From positions 25,815 to 89,814 of IMG/VR virus record IMGVR_UViG_3300038492_000581: DNA of 64,000 nucleotides; one strand, written 5' to 3'. Position 1 is the first letter of the stretch, and each line of letters begins with the position of its first letter. A program made the position numbers and the translations under genes. This document shows, in pieces, positions 17,610 through 27,379 of the stretch. Source of the DNA: a virus (Duplodnaviria; Heunggongvirae; Uroviricota; Caudoviricetes). Under the pieces are notes generated by a model. It was not told the origin of the DNA and did not search any database. It saw nothing but the letters and a program-made list of their open reading frames with translations.

Positions 17610-18131
17610 CTAAAACTTTTCTGTCTTGCCTGACAGGTAATTATGTGATCGACGATAGATGCCGCTTGTTAATTTTTTCGACATCCAAAGCTTTGCGAAT
17701 GGCCCGCCTCTACCAAGAGACATATTATCCCGCAGATCAGCCAACTTAGCTCTTCGAGCCAATTCATTACTGCGTACTCTTTCGATATAGTCTTCATAAC
17801 TTTCGCCTTCGATTTTAGTCATGGCGACTACACTGTCTACAATATCCGGATGATATACTCTTTCTAAATCCTCTTCGGCAACATCCGTATCCTCAATTAA
17901 ATCGTGCATGATGCATACACATTGAAGCATAACATATTCAACTTCGGTAAGTCCGCTATGATCTACATGCAGCATTACACGCATGGGATGTAGGATGTAA
18001 GGAACATCACTTCCTTTATCTGTTTGTTTGTTGTGGTATATAGTGGCCAACTGGATTGCTTTTTGCAGATAGGCGTAAGCTTCTCTCAATTCCGGAGGAG
18101 TGTATTTAAGAACTTTTTGTCGCTCAACCAT
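17610..18131 (-). CDS. HD-domain hydrolase of the SpoT/Mesh1 (p)ppGpp hydrolase type
   Basis: YILHPMRV ... MHDLIEDT matches the RelA/SpoT HD-domain signature. Confidence 0.5.
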   Translation of the reverse strand: MVERQKVLKYTPPELREAYAYLQKAIQLATIYHNKQTDKGSDVPYILHPMRVMLHVDHSGLTEVEYVMLQCVCIMHDLIEDTDVAEEDLERVYHPDIVDSVVAMTKIEGESYEDYIERVRSNELARRAKLADLRDNMSLGRGGPFAKLWMSKKLTSGIYRRSHNYLSGKTEKF

Positions 18132-18393
18132 TTAGCTGTTCCATTAATTTGGACCAAAATTCATCGCCCTGTGTTTTGCCCTCGGGATCAATACCTGCGG
18201 CCTTTAAGGCGTTTACAATTCTGTCCGACTCTTCATTAGTAACATCTCGATCGACCGAGGTTTTACCAAGGACCGCCGCGTTCGCAACATCCCAGGCCAA
18301 ACTTCGTATGGCCATTTCTACTTTACGCCCAATTTTGGCGGCAGAGTCCATCGTCATGTTCACTCCAAAAAGGCTTGAGCCCTTCATTCTCAA
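18124..18393 (-). CDS. hypothetical protein
   Basis: 89 aa ORF. Confidence 0.35.
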   Translation of the reverse strand: MRMKGSSLFGVNMTMDSAAKIGRKVEMAIRSLAWDVANAAVLGKTSVDRDVTNEESDRIVNALKAAGIDPEGKTQGDEFWSKLMEQLNG

Positions 18394-18700
18394 TATGTGC
18401 CCAGCAATCAGAACAGGGTTTAGAAAAACGAATTTCTCCCCTTCTATTTATTCTCACTACAAAGATTGAGCATCCACGCAAATTAGAACGAACACGCTTA
18501 GCTCTTAGTATAGCAGAAAACTCAGCATGGTGAGAGTTGTTGTGGCCGCAGCCTCGGGGATGAGTCTTGGACGAATCATTAAAACCGGACGCAATCAGAC
18601 GGCGACCTTTGTACACTACGGCTCCGTGCCTAAACTCGTCTTCGGACGAAAAAAGGGCGGCTTTATAGGCCGCCCTCAGAATTTTGGGGGAAACGTTCAT
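18323..18700 (-). CDS. CMP/dCMP-type zinc deaminase
   Basis: HAEFSAI ... PCSDCW zinc-binding motifs (H-A-E and PCxxC). Confidence 0.6.
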   Translation of the reverse strand: MNVSPKILRAAYKAALFSSEDEFRHGAVVYKGRRLIASGFNDSSKTHPRGCGHNNSHHAEFSAILRAKRVRSNLRGCSIFVVRINRRGEIRFSKPCSDCWAHIENEGLKPFWSEHDDGLCRQNWA

Positions 18701-18958
18701 GTTTCCTCCTTGGAAAAAGCAGAGGTAAGTATGAAGGGTAGTTAAAATTGGTTTAGAAGGAACCCCTCGAATAGCCTCTTTGGATCAGCGGTAATCTTTG
18801 CCTCTTGGTTTTTATTCAGAAAAAGTGTTAGAAGGAAGAGGACAAAATGGCCGCTTGTAAGATAGGCGGTTATTACAACATCTATTTAGTCAGCTTAAAT
18901 GGCTGATGCTCAATGAGCATCGTAGAAGGAAGATGTTTGCATGGCCACCTTTGATCAT

Positions 18959-21037
18959 TTACACATACTCCGACAGGATGGTCGAGATGCTTGAAGGAGT
19001 CACGTCGCCGTCCCACGAGAAGACGGTGTCGGCTTTCTCCGCTGTCTCAACCAGTGTACCACGAGATTCGCCGTGAAGCCAGAACAAATCGTAGAGATTT
19101 GCCTTATTTTCCAGATTCAGGGCAGACTCAACGGCATCGTACAGAGTAGCACTGTTGTTTTCCACGTTGTTCGGACGAACCAAGTTATCTGCACCTCGGC
19201 CCGTAGCCATATCGAGCCAAATGGCCTGACGCTCCTGAAGGTCGAAGATGACCGGAATAGCCTTCTTTGACGAAGCAGTCAAATCGATCTTCTGCTCAAC
19301 AGTCTTCGGATCGAAGATTTCGTTGCTCTGAACGCCGTTTCGAGTCATCCAGCCTGCGTAGCAGATCTCGTGATCGTCGAAATTCGGCCCAGAGTAAACC
19401 AATACAGACATTGCGATATATCGATACCCAGCCTCAAGAGCCTTCTTGATATCGATATCGATGAACTCGCACGCACCGTTCGGAGCGTGAGTGATGTCTC
19501 CGGAGTGGCAAGCAAACCCATTTCTGAGTTGCGTATAGCTCACATGAGACTGTTGGGCGAATCCGTCCGTATACATGTTGGCACTAAGGTCGATATCCCG
19601 ACCCTTCCAGTAAATGAAGAGACGGAGGGCTTCCTTGTCCGCGAATGGAATTCGAGTCCCGCGTGCAACCGTATTTAGTGCTTCTGATGCATTACGAAGA
19701 TTCAGAGGCACGGGGCACTCCAGCAGACTTTCATCCACATAGACATTACCCAGACTGTCCAGCTTAGAAAACCTTTCTCGGAGAATGTCCTCGATGCCGG
19801 AACGAATCTTCTTGACCGACCATTCGGACAGAGCATCCAACTTAGTCTTGAGAAGAGTAGACTTACCACTCTTAGGCCACACAACACGACGATCGACCTC
19901 TTCGGTGCGAGTGTTGAAGTGTCCATAAAGCTGAAGCAGAACTCTCGTATCTATCTGATCGGCAACGTTAAGGAATGGCGTAACCACCCCACGAGCACCG
20001 AAGGTACGGATCATGTGATCCAAGCGTCGAGCAAACACGCCCGGACGAGTCGTCAAAAGCTCTACGGCAGTTGACTTATCGCCTCCGGCGATAGCGGACT
20101 CAACCTTGCTGTCGAACGTGCGATACTTGGCGGAACGATTGCGAGCCTCGTTCAGAGTAGCAACAGCTTCGGGAGCAGTGCTCCTATAATCTCCGGCGTG
20201 CAGACTGTGAGCCAAACGGACCCACTTTCCACGGTGACGGAAAATATCGTCGGTGTTGACTACCTGCTCAAGACGCTCCATGAAAGCACGTCGCAGTGGA
20301 CGACCAAAGCTCTTGAACTTGGTGTTCGTCGCCAAAGATACGTCGCCACCAGAAAGGTGCGTGGCAACACGAAGAATATCTGTTGCAGTCTTAAGAACCT
20401 GCATACCAACCGAATTCCAGCCCCTTTGAATGCACTCGGCGACGAACCAGCACAGATTCTCCTTGAAAGGAATACTGTCTGGCATGTGCTCGTTGATATC
20501 TTCCTCACGAGCCACGTCCAGGATACGATCCATGAACTTGAGATCGGCCGGAGTGAGGGCACCGTTAGAGGAAAGCATCTCGCCGAAAATGTGGATCAGA
20601 TCATGATCTTCTGCAAGATGAAGGGTCTTGAACTCGACATTCTCAAACGCCGGAAGACGAGCCTCCTTGACGAAATCAGGACGCCACGTACCTTCCGTGA
20701 AGTAATGGAGGATCGCATTGACGAACAACTCGATCGAAGATACCTCCATAACCTGACTTGGGAAGTTAGGGTAAAAAGGCTCCCACTCAACATCATCACC
20801 TACCATCTTGGCGAGAATAGGGATGATTTCGGCGTACACCTCGCCAAGACGCTTGTCGGAAAGGCGGCTAAGCATGTCGGTAAGATCCTGGCCCATGATG
20901 AAGCCAAGACGCATGACTTCGGCCTGGAAAGACATTACTCGGGGATCGGCAGGATTGACCTCAGACTTCAGACGGGTAGCCTGAATATCGATTACGTTGG
21001 CCTTCTTGATTAGAATATCCTGCATGACTTTCTCCAA
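18959..21037 (-). CDS. large hypothetical protein (692 aa)
   Basis: Long clean ORF with no motif I can name. The N-terminal two thirds look helical and the C-terminal third looks like an alpha/beta domain. Confidence 0.5.
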   Translation of the reverse strand: MEKVMQDILIKKANVIDIQATRLKSEVNPADPRVMSFQAEVMRLGFIMGQDLTDMLSRLSDKRLGEVYAEIIPILAKMVGDDVEWEPFYPNFPSQVMEVSSIELFVNAILHYFTEGTWRPDFVKEARLPAFENVEFKTLHLAEDHDLIHIFGEMLSSNGALTPADLKFMDRILDVAREEDINEHMPDSIPFKENLCWFVAECIQRGWNSVGMQVLKTATDILRVATHLSGGDVSLATNTKFKSFGRPLRRAFMERLEQVVNTDDIFRHRGKWVRLAHSLHAGDYRSTAPEAVATLNEARNRSAKYRTFDSKVESAIAGGDKSTAVELLTTRPGVFARRLDHMIRTFGARGVVTPFLNVADQIDTRVLLQLYGHFNTRTEEVDRRVVWPKSGKSTLLKTKLDALSEWSVKKIRSGIEDILRERFSKLDSLGNVYVDESLLECPVPLNLRNASEALNTVARGTRIPFADKEALRLFIYWKGRDIDLSANMYTDGFAQQSHVSYTQLRNGFACHSGDITHAPNGACEFIDIDIKKALEAGYRYIAMSVLVYSGPNFDDHEICYAGWMTRNGVQSNEIFDPKTVEQKIDLTASSKKAIPVIFDLQERQAIWLDMATGRGADNLVRPNNVENNSATLYDAVESALNLENKANLYDLFWLHGESRGTLVETAEKADTVFSWDGDVTPSSISTILSEYV

Positions 21038-21074
21038 AACCGTGATGTGACTATGCCTTGCATAGTTTATTTGG

Positions 21075-21146
21075 TGGAGGTTGGCAGAATCGAACTGCCA
21101 ATTTCTGCGTGCAAAGCAGATGTGTTCCCGTTAGCACTAAACCCCC
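21075..21146 (-). tRNA. tRNA-Ala (TGC), with genomically encoded CCA at 21072..21074
   Basis: GGGGGTTTAGTGCTAACGGGAACACATCTGCTTTGCACGCAGAAATTGGCAGTTCGATTCTGCCAACCTCCA followed by CCA. Confidence 0.6.
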
Positions 21147-21158
21147 AGGAGTCACACT

Positions 21159-21632
21159 ATGGTATCGCAAAACTGCGTCCAGTGCAACAAAATTTTCCAA
21201 ACCAAGCCCTCATATGTAAAGAGGGGTCAGGGTCGTTTCTGTTCCATCTCTTGTTCCAATCGATTCAATAAGGCTTTACCAAAAGAACCGAATGTATCTT
21301 GTACTTATTGCAATGCGGATTTCTATAAGCCACCGAGCAAAATGTCAAACTCAAAGAGCGGCCTCTTCTTCTGTTCTCGCGAACATAAAGATCTCGCTCA
21401 AAGAATCGGTGGGATAAAAGAAATCCAGCCCGATCATTATGGCGAAGGTAAATACTCAAAATATCGCACTAAAGCTCTTCGATTTCTTGAGCAAGTTTGC
21501 AACAGATGTGGGTACCAAGAGCATCCAGAAATTCTTCAGGCTCATCATATAGACCATAACAGATCTAACAACGATATCAAAAATCTTGAGATGCTTTGTC
21601 CAAACTGCCATGCACTCGAACATCGCAACTGA
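21159..21632 (+). CDS. HNH homing endonuclease
   Basis: C-terminal HHIDHNRSNNDIKNLEMLCPNCH plus an N-terminal Cys cluster. Opposite strand to the surrounding operon and directly adjacent to a tRNA. Confidence 0.65.
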   Translation: MVSQNCVQCNKIFQTKPSYVKRGQGRFCSISCSNRFNKALPKEPNVSCTYCNADFYKPPSKMSNSKSGLFFCSREHKDLAQRIGGIKEIQPDHYGEGKYSKYRTKALRFLEQVCNRCGYQEHPEILQAHHIDHNRSNNDIKNLEMLCPNCHALEHRN

Positions 21633-21669
21633 GATAATTATACTCTACACTTAACCAGTAAGCAAGCAA

Positions 21670-22218
21670 TTAATTGAGAAAATCGCAAATTCTGTCAAAA
21701 TCGAAATGGTTACGATCGTAACCAATTATCATTTCTGTGGTTGCGAAACTCTTCAAGAATTCTTGGTTGTAGTCCCACTGCGGCATTAAGACTTTCGTGC
21801 CAGGATTCTTCTGCATGAAGGGCTTAACAAAGTCGGGTCCGTCATCTACCAAGAGGTGTGCTTTTAGTATAGAGCGATCTTGAGTAAGATGAAAAGGATA
21901 ACCGGGGAACGCCCGGTTGATCCAATTAAGCTTGCCAACCAACGCCCGCCCGCCGCATTTTGGGATACCACTTACAAAATGGACTTCATATCCGTGAGAC
22001 TTAACAAGGCTTACTATTTCAAAGCCTGTTTGAATTCTGGGTACTTCTTCCCAAAAAGATTGTCTTGATTTGATGTGGTTAAGCTGATTGTTTGCCTCGT
22101 CAGAATTCTGGGGCGAGTTCCACGTATGAACAAACGAGCAATCCATTTGTTCGGCGAGTGACCCATGAATGTTTGCAAGGACACCATCAACATCAATAAG
22201 TGCGATTTTGTTATGCAC
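21670..22218 (-). CDS. HAD-superfamily phosphatase/nucleotidase
   Basis: Motif I LIDVDGVL and motif IV LVDDGPD. Confidence 0.55.
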   Translation of the reverse strand: MHNKIALIDVDGVLANIHGSLAEQMDCSFVHTWNSPQNSDEANNQLNHIKSRQSFWEEVPRIQTGFEIVSLVKSHGYEVHFVSGIPKCGGRALVGKLNWINRAFPGYPFHLTQDRSILKAHLLVDDGPDFVKPFMQKNPGTKVLMPQWDYNQEFLKSFATTEMIIGYDRNHFDFDRICDFLN

Positions 22219-22219
22219 C

Positions 22220-22567
22220 TTATTGTTTCTCCATCAAGACGCTATCACTTTTACGATCGATCACTTTCCAACCTTGTCGACCCCATTTGTTAACAATTTT
22301 TTCCTGTTGTTCTGTGACCCAAAGATGATGAATTACAACAACTTGAACACCAGATTTCGCGTCTTGAGGAGGTTCGGGGGCCTCCCACTCTTCGTGAGAT
22401 TCAATTGCCCGGCTAAACAATTCATTGATGCCAGTGACAATTAAAAATATACTACTGATAGTTATCGTAGCCACCCCTAAACCTATAAGAAAGGCATAAC
22501 TTATTTTCTTCAATTTCATCGAGCGAACTTTTTGAATTGCTTCTTTTTTGTTCGTTGTTGTCTGCAT
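22220..22567 (-). CDS. membrane-anchored protein with a C-terminal WGRQGWKV domain
   Basis: N-terminal TM helix. The C terminus is paralogous to the 59698..59961 product (KWGKAGWKVV). Confidence 0.4.
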   Translation of the reverse strand: MQTTTNKKEAIQKVRSMKLKKISYAFLIGLGVATITISSIFLIVTGINELFSRAIESHEEWEAPEPPQDAKSGVQVVVIHHLWVTEQQEKIVNKWGRQGWKVIDRKSDSVLMEKQ

Positions 22568-22586
22568 TTTTTACTCCGTAAATGAG

Positions 22587-22669
22587 TAGGCGGCTTGGGA
22601 TTTGAACCCAACTGGACCAGACTACGGAATTATAATCCACTGCTTATAAGACAGTTCCGATACCCGCCC
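22587..22669 (-). tRNA. tRNA, long (83 nt) and atypical. Anticodon loop TTATAAT or CTTATAA; isotype unresolved.
   Basis: Acceptor GGGCGGG/GCCGCCT and T-arm TTGGGTTCAAATCCCAA are clean. The D and anticodon region contains two AT-rich palindromic hairpins that I cannot fit to a standard cloverleaf. Confidence 0.4.
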
Positions 22670-22684
22670 ATATGTTTTGGTACA

Positions 22685-22921
22685 TTAATCTTCTTCATCA
22701 TCTTTGGCTTCGACGGTAGCTTGGAAAGCTTCTTCCATAGCCCTTACAAGATCAAAGAAGGATTGTGTTTGATCCTTATCAAGATCTACGCACAGTCCGC
22801 TTTCCTTATGGAAAAAACTAACCGTGTAGTCCGATTGCCCGTCGTCTGACAGATCCATATAGAATGACGCGTCATCAAAGTTGCTCGTCAGGTCTACACG
22901 CATTGGTAGGCGTCTGCTCAT
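22685..22921 (-). CDS. hypothetical acidic protein
   Basis: 78 aa. Confidence 0.35.
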   Translation of the reverse strand: MSRRLPMRVDLTSNFDDASFYMDLSDDGQSDYTVSFFHKESGLCVDLDKDQTQSFFDLVRAMEEAFQATVEAKDDEED

Positions 22922-23385
22922 GAGTTGAGTATCCTGATAATTTGATCGGCTTCCGCAACAGTTAAACCTCCATTCTTTCCATTTGTTTTTACAAAGAAAG
23001 GAAGCTGTATTTCTTCATCGTCCACAATAGCACAACGAGTCATCGTAAGAAGAGGGTTAAGCTCTGTATCAACGATCCAAAGCATGATTTCAGACCTCCG
23101 ATCACGCAGGCTCATTTTAATGGGCGTAAACCATTTTGGCCGACTTATATCCATGGCATCAAAAGCTTGAAAGACTTTATTTCGATCGTAACGCCACGAA
23201 GAAGATACGCATACTTCGCAGCCAGTTTCTTCGATGATTCTTTTTAATTGTGCTACACAAGAGGGATCGAAGCCCGCGGCTGACTGGCACCACTCAACTT
23301 GTCCATCTTCATCTGAAGGGAGATTGTCTTTCCAATGTTGGACGTGATTGAGAACACCATCGATGTCAAGAAAGAGAACTTTCAT
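22918..23385 (-). CDS. HAD-superfamily phosphatase
   Basis: LFLDIDGVL, VSSSWR and AIVDDE. Confidence 0.55.
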   Translation of the reverse strand: MKVLFLDIDGVLNHVQHWKDNLPSDEDGQVEWCQSAAGFDPSCVAQLKRIIEETGCEVCVSSSWRYDRNKVFQAFDAMDISRPKWFTPIKMSLRDRRSEIMLWIVDTELNPLLTMTRCAIVDDEEIQLPFFVKTNGKNGGLTVAEADQIIRILNS

Positions 23386-23933
23386 GATTTAAGTTTTCCA
23401 TGTTTTACAAAATATGAATGATTTTCATCTTTCAGTCTTTTGATGTATCTCTTCTGAATGTCAATCAGTTTATGTGCGTTTTTCAAACGGTTGATCGTGC
23501 CTTGTTCCCAATATGTAGATGACGAAAGTGTGCGTGAAAGATCATGTGCGTCCTCTTCGCTAAATCCTATACGTCCATCGACTTTAATGAGACGGTCGGG
23601 CATAGTTTCATAATAATGCCATCGATCAATAGCTTCGTCATCAACAACAGCCCAATTGAATATGTTATTCTGACCTACATATCGTAGAACCGCACTACTT
23701 CTATCAAAACTTTCTGTGTACACAGAAATGCTGTCTACACCATGCTCCATCATGCGACGTTTCAGAAGATCTGAGTTAAAAGCAGAAAGAGTTACTACTT
23801 TTGAATCATGCTCTCTTATTACTTGAGCAAATCGATGTAGCAAAACATCGTCAAGATCTGGATTCGTGTGGCCTTCTGCGAAGGTGTATCGATTGAATAC
23901 GCCATCAACATCAATGAATACAACAGGTTTCAT
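23382..23933 (-). CDS. HAD-superfamily phosphatase
   Basis: VFIDVDGVF and AVVDDE. Confidence 0.55.
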   Translation of the reverse strand: MKPVVFIDVDGVFNRYTFAEGHTNPDLDDVLLHRFAQVIREHDSKVVTLSAFNSDLLKRRMMEHGVDSISVYTESFDRSSAVLRYVGQNNIFNWAVVDDEAIDRWHYYETMPDRLIKVDGRIGFSEEDAHDLSRTLSSSTYWEQGTINRLKNAHKLIDIQKRYIKRLKDENHSYFVKHGKLKS

Positions 23934-24127
23934 GCCCCTGAACCACCCTTCTTGATTTCTTCGCCGGGCCAGCCGCCGCCCTTAAACACAATTCCGATCC
24001 GCCCCCAAACTCTTTGCAGTTTAAACTTCTTACATCCGGGACATTTCTTGGGGTGCGGATCGGAAGCCTTGCGGTCTTTGTCAAGCCTATGACCGCAGTT
24101 ATCGCATTGGTATTCAAAGATAGGCAT
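23930..24127 (-). CDS. FmdB-family zinc-ribbon protein
   Basis: MPIFEYQCDNCGH ... CPGC. The internal start MPIF is preferred over the track start. Confidence 0.45.
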   Translation of the reverse strand: MPIFEYQCDNCGHRLDKDRKASDPHPKKCPGCKKFKLQRVWGRIGIVFKGGGWPGEEIKKGGSGA

Positions 24128-24132
24128 ATTGT

Positions 24133-24588
24133 TTATCCGTATGCAGCGAGTAATTGCCATCTTGGCTCTTGCCAAGAAATATCGTGAGTTTTGCAGAAAG
24201 CGAACATTTCGTCCCGGAGCTTTTTCGTTTCATCTGGCCGTGTTAGTTCGAGAGTGTCATCTTCCACGATTGTGGCAAAATCCCAAGAGCCACTAATGCA
24301 TACGGAACAGAAATACCAAGTGGCTTCAGAGTCAGCCGATCCATCATAGGCCAGACGAAACGGTCTATCTCCTTCAAAACGACCGGAGTCATTTCTCCAT
24401 TTCTTCCAATCTTTATGGGAATAGTCTTGGTGATCGGGTTGTGCTGGCTTTTCTCTACCAAGCTTCTGATCTACCCACTCATCAAAGTCATAAAAGCTAT
24501 CGCCCCATGGATACATTTCTTCTGTATCGAGATTTGGTTCGATGGCAAATCCAAGGATGAAACTGGCGGTTGGCGAATTACCCATCAC
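24133..24588 (-). CDS. hypothetical protein
   Basis: 151 aa. Confidence 0.4.
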   Translation of the reverse strand: MMGNSPTASFILGFAIEPNLDTEEMYPWGDSFYDFDEWVDQKLGREKPAQPDHQDYSHKDWKKWRNDSGRFEGDRPFRLAYDGSADSEATWYFCSVCISGSWDFATIVEDDTLELTRPDETKKLRDEMFAFCKTHDISWQEPRWQLLAAYG

Positions 24589-25757
24589 TCATCTCCATAA
24601 AGATTGTGTGTACGAATATAGTCTACCACAGGTGTAGGCAAATTCGAAAGATTTTTTCGAGATTCTGTGCTTGAGACTTGTTCAAACTTCGGGTTTTCAT
24701 GCGTCACAATATTGAGCGAATTAGAACGCGGTGGCCGATCTAAATCCTTGCTGTTCCGCATGAAAACATGAAGTGCCGATGTCTTCAAAGGGTCAAGATA
24801 ATCTTCTGTGGGGCAGTATTTGTCTGCTACTACTGCATTGTAGGTATCAAGACCCATCACGTAGTTCCGGACTTCGGGGCATCCAAAACTCGTTAGCATT
24901 TCGTCAAATTCAACAAATTTACCATAACCAAAAGTTACAAGAACTGGGTACCCCAAAGAATTGATCATAGAGATTCGATGAGATATATCCTTCAGATCCG
25001 TTGGCATCATCTTTCGGACATTGGTCAAACTGATTTCGAATATTGGATCTTCAGGAGACTTGAGTGCCATGTAATCGTGTGCATCTGTAACTGGCCTAAA
25101 AGATCCTCGAAACCAGTTAACGTTTTGACGAATGTGCGAGACTGCTCTTCTCGGAACTCCATCTGTACCGAAAAACAGAGGGTTGTTCTTGTTGCAAAAC
25201 TCTAACAGGTGTTCTTGTGCGAATCCTCTGCTTTTAATCACATCAATGTTTACCGGCAAGCCTTGAATATAGTCTAAGGTTTCATTCCACTTTGTTCCCC
25301 GGTAAAGAAGGACGTTTGACATGAACCATAGAATTGTATCTAAGGTTGTCATGATTGCGGTTTCGCGGGTCATTCCCTTGCGAAGACGAAAATGCATTAG
25401 TGAACGAGAGCCTTCATCGTAATACAGAGATACCCAAGCATGACTTTCTCCTTGTTCATCCTCTTTTTTGAAGGCTCCGGTAATACAAAGCGAAAAAGGT
25501 GTTTTGCCAAGCTTTTCAATTTCGTTACGATTTTCGGAATGATCTTCCCAAGCGATTCGTGCCGCCATTTCTTCTGAAACAGATGTAGTTCCTATACAGG
25601 TTGGCTGAGTGTTCTTGTGATACCTGCACGTGCTCTTGTACAGAACCTTAGAGGCACCATCATGACTGGTGAGCCATGCAGTAAGAGGCACGCCAAGGCC
25701 AGCTTCGTTGATACAGCCCATGTATCCCGAGTTTTTTAGATCTTCGAAGATTTGCAT
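24585..25757 (-). CDS. hypothetical protein in the NAD-salvage neighbourhood
   Basis: 390 aa, translationally coupled to the NAMPT gene. No PRPP-synthetase or NMNAT motif seen. Confidence 0.45.
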   Translation of the reverse strand: MQIFEDLKNSGYMGCINEAGLGVPLTAWLTSHDGASKVLYKSTCRYHKNTQPTCIGTTSVSEEMAARIAWEDHSENRNEIEKLGKTPFSLCITGAFKKEDEQGESHAWVSLYYDEGSRSLMHFRLRKGMTRETAIMTTLDTILWFMSNVLLYRGTKWNETLDYIQGLPVNIDVIKSRGFAQEHLLEFCNKNNPLFFGTDGVPRRAVSHIRQNVNWFRGSFRPVTDAHDYMALKSPEDPIFEISLTNVRKMMPTDLKDISHRISMINSLGYPVLVTFGYGKFVEFDEMLTSFGCPEVRNYVMGLDTYNAVVADKYCPTEDYLDPLKTSALHVFMRNSKDLDRPPRSNSLNIVTHENPKFEQVSSTESRKNLSNLPTPVVDYIRTHNLYGDE

Positions 25758-27379
25758 TACCAGTCTCCGTCGAGCATGTCAGCCTGAAGATTAAGGACCT
25801 CATCTCTCTGGTCTCGAATCTTCTTACTTAAAACTTCTTTTGGTTGCTCTCTATCGCGAAAGTTATTGAGAATTCTTTGTCGGGCGACAAGATTTGTTTC
25901 AAGACAAGGATCGAGAATCACCTCGTCCATATCTTGTCCAGAAATTCCATCATACCAAGGCTTCAAAAGAAATCTTGATTCTGAGATGTTATTTGTAATT
26001 GCGACGGGCCAAACAGTTTCATCGTTTTCATTCGCGTTTTCGATTACTTGAACTTCCCCAGGAATACTTGTCTTGGCAAGAGTTTCAGAACGCTTACATG
26101 TTCCGCGACCTTCAGTACCGACTTCTGCTAATTTGTAGGACAAACCAATATGATCACGTTTGATACTATTACGAAGATGTCCGCCAACACCAAACGCTCC
26201 GCTTGCAAATGGACTCCATCCGCGACGAATACAGTAGTTGATGATATTAATCATGGTTTCCCAGTCCATGCCATCACCCTCGATCCAACGAAGACGAGTG
26301 GCACACTTGAAACCATCACTTTCTTCAAAAAGATTATTGGATTCGCAAACATCAAGAACATGTTTTATGCACGTCAGTGGATCACCAGAATCGGGGCGTG
26401 CAACGATAACATTAGAGTCTTCAGACCATTCATTCGCAAGACGATCTCCAAGTTTGCTAACCATCTTGAAAAAATCATTGGTGTCTGAAACGTGGGCAGT
26501 GATTCCTGTTGTTTTTCCCAATTCGTACAACGCGGAATGACATTTCGGCTCACTTTGGAAGCCAGTTACCGTGCGGTGAGCAAGGGCGTGAATCGAACAG
26601 CCGAAAGAGGTTTGCGTATCTTTCCAGTCAAGATATGAACCAGCAACAGTGTCGGTTCCTGGAAAGACCATATTATGGGCCATACCAAGAACCTCAGACT
26701 CCATTTCGCACGCTCCAGCTCTATCGCCAAAGTCATGGCACATAATACTGATTGCAAATTGTACGTTCTCCTCAGGCCACGAAGGATGGATCTCTCGGCA
26801 GCGACGTGCAAGGTAATCACGCCACCACATGGCAGCGGTCACGCGTTCCATGGGAGCCCAGATTTGGACGAACTTGCTCTCAAACCAGCCCGCCAGCTCG
26901 CCAAACCCGTCTTGAGCTGAAACCTGCATAACAGGCTCATACGGAAACACTACGCTTCCGTCCAAAAAAGCTTCGATACGAATGGGAATAATTCCATCGC
27001 ACTCTTCGACAACTCTGACCCACATATCTCGATCAAATTGATATGGAGTGCCGCCAGCATGAAATGTGGCGAGAAATCTGTCGGCTTCTTCAATTTCGTA
27101 CATTGTAATCGGTTGAGTTAAAAGGTCACGAATGATTCTTCGTAATCCGAAGAAAACAATCCGATCATCCAAAGCCACGCCTTTTGGCATGATTTTTGAC
27201 AAACCTCGTCGAGGCACCATGTGATAGATGGAGCGTTCTTTTGCGTCTTGTGACGCGTGCGGGCCTGTGCCGATTGTATAGGCGTCTGCTCGCAGCAGGC
27301 GGGGCACCACAGGAGTACCTTCGACAAATTCCGACACTGACATCTTTTCACGCATTTCGCAACTCCTCATATTCGACAA
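25757..27379 (-). CDS. nadV: nicotinamide phosphoribosyltransferase (NAMPT/NadV)
   Basis: RADAYTIG, IRIEAFLDGSV, GWFESKFVQIWAP, CHDFGDRAG...GTDTVAG, ARPDSGDPL and IEGDGM align with human and bacterial NAMPT blocks. Confidence 0.8.
   Translation of the reverse strand: MSNMRSCEMREKMSVSEFVEGTPVVPRLLRADAYTIGTGPHASQDAKERSIYHMVPRRGLSKIMPKGVALDDRIVFFGLRRIIRDLLTQPITMYEIEEADRFLATFHAGGTPYQFDRDMWVRVVEECDGIIPIRIEAFLDGSVVFPYEPVMQVSAQDGFGELAGWFESKFVQIWAPMERVTAAMWWRDYLARRCREIHPSWPEENVQFAISIMCHDFGDRAGACEMESEVLGMAHNMVFPGTDTVAGSYLDWKDTQTSFGCSIHALAHRTVTGFQSEPKCHSALYELGKTTGITAHVSDTNDFFKMVSKLGDRLANEWSEDSNVIVARPDSGDPLTCIKHVLDVCESNNLFEESDGFKCATRLRWIEGDGMDWETMINIINYCIRRGWSPFASGAFGVGGHLRNSIKRDHIGLSYKLAEVGTEGRGTCKRSETLAKTSIPGEVQVIENANENDETVWPVAITNNISESRFLLKPWYDGISGQDMDEVILDPCLETNLVARQRILNNFRDREQPKEVLSKKIRDQRDEVLNLQADMLDGDW

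Noticed and set aside
20198-21013. 271-aa plus-strand ORF
   Set aside because: It is entirely antisense to the 692-aa minus-strand ORF 18959..21037. It has Arg/Ser/Leu-rich composition typical of antisense artefacts and no RBS.
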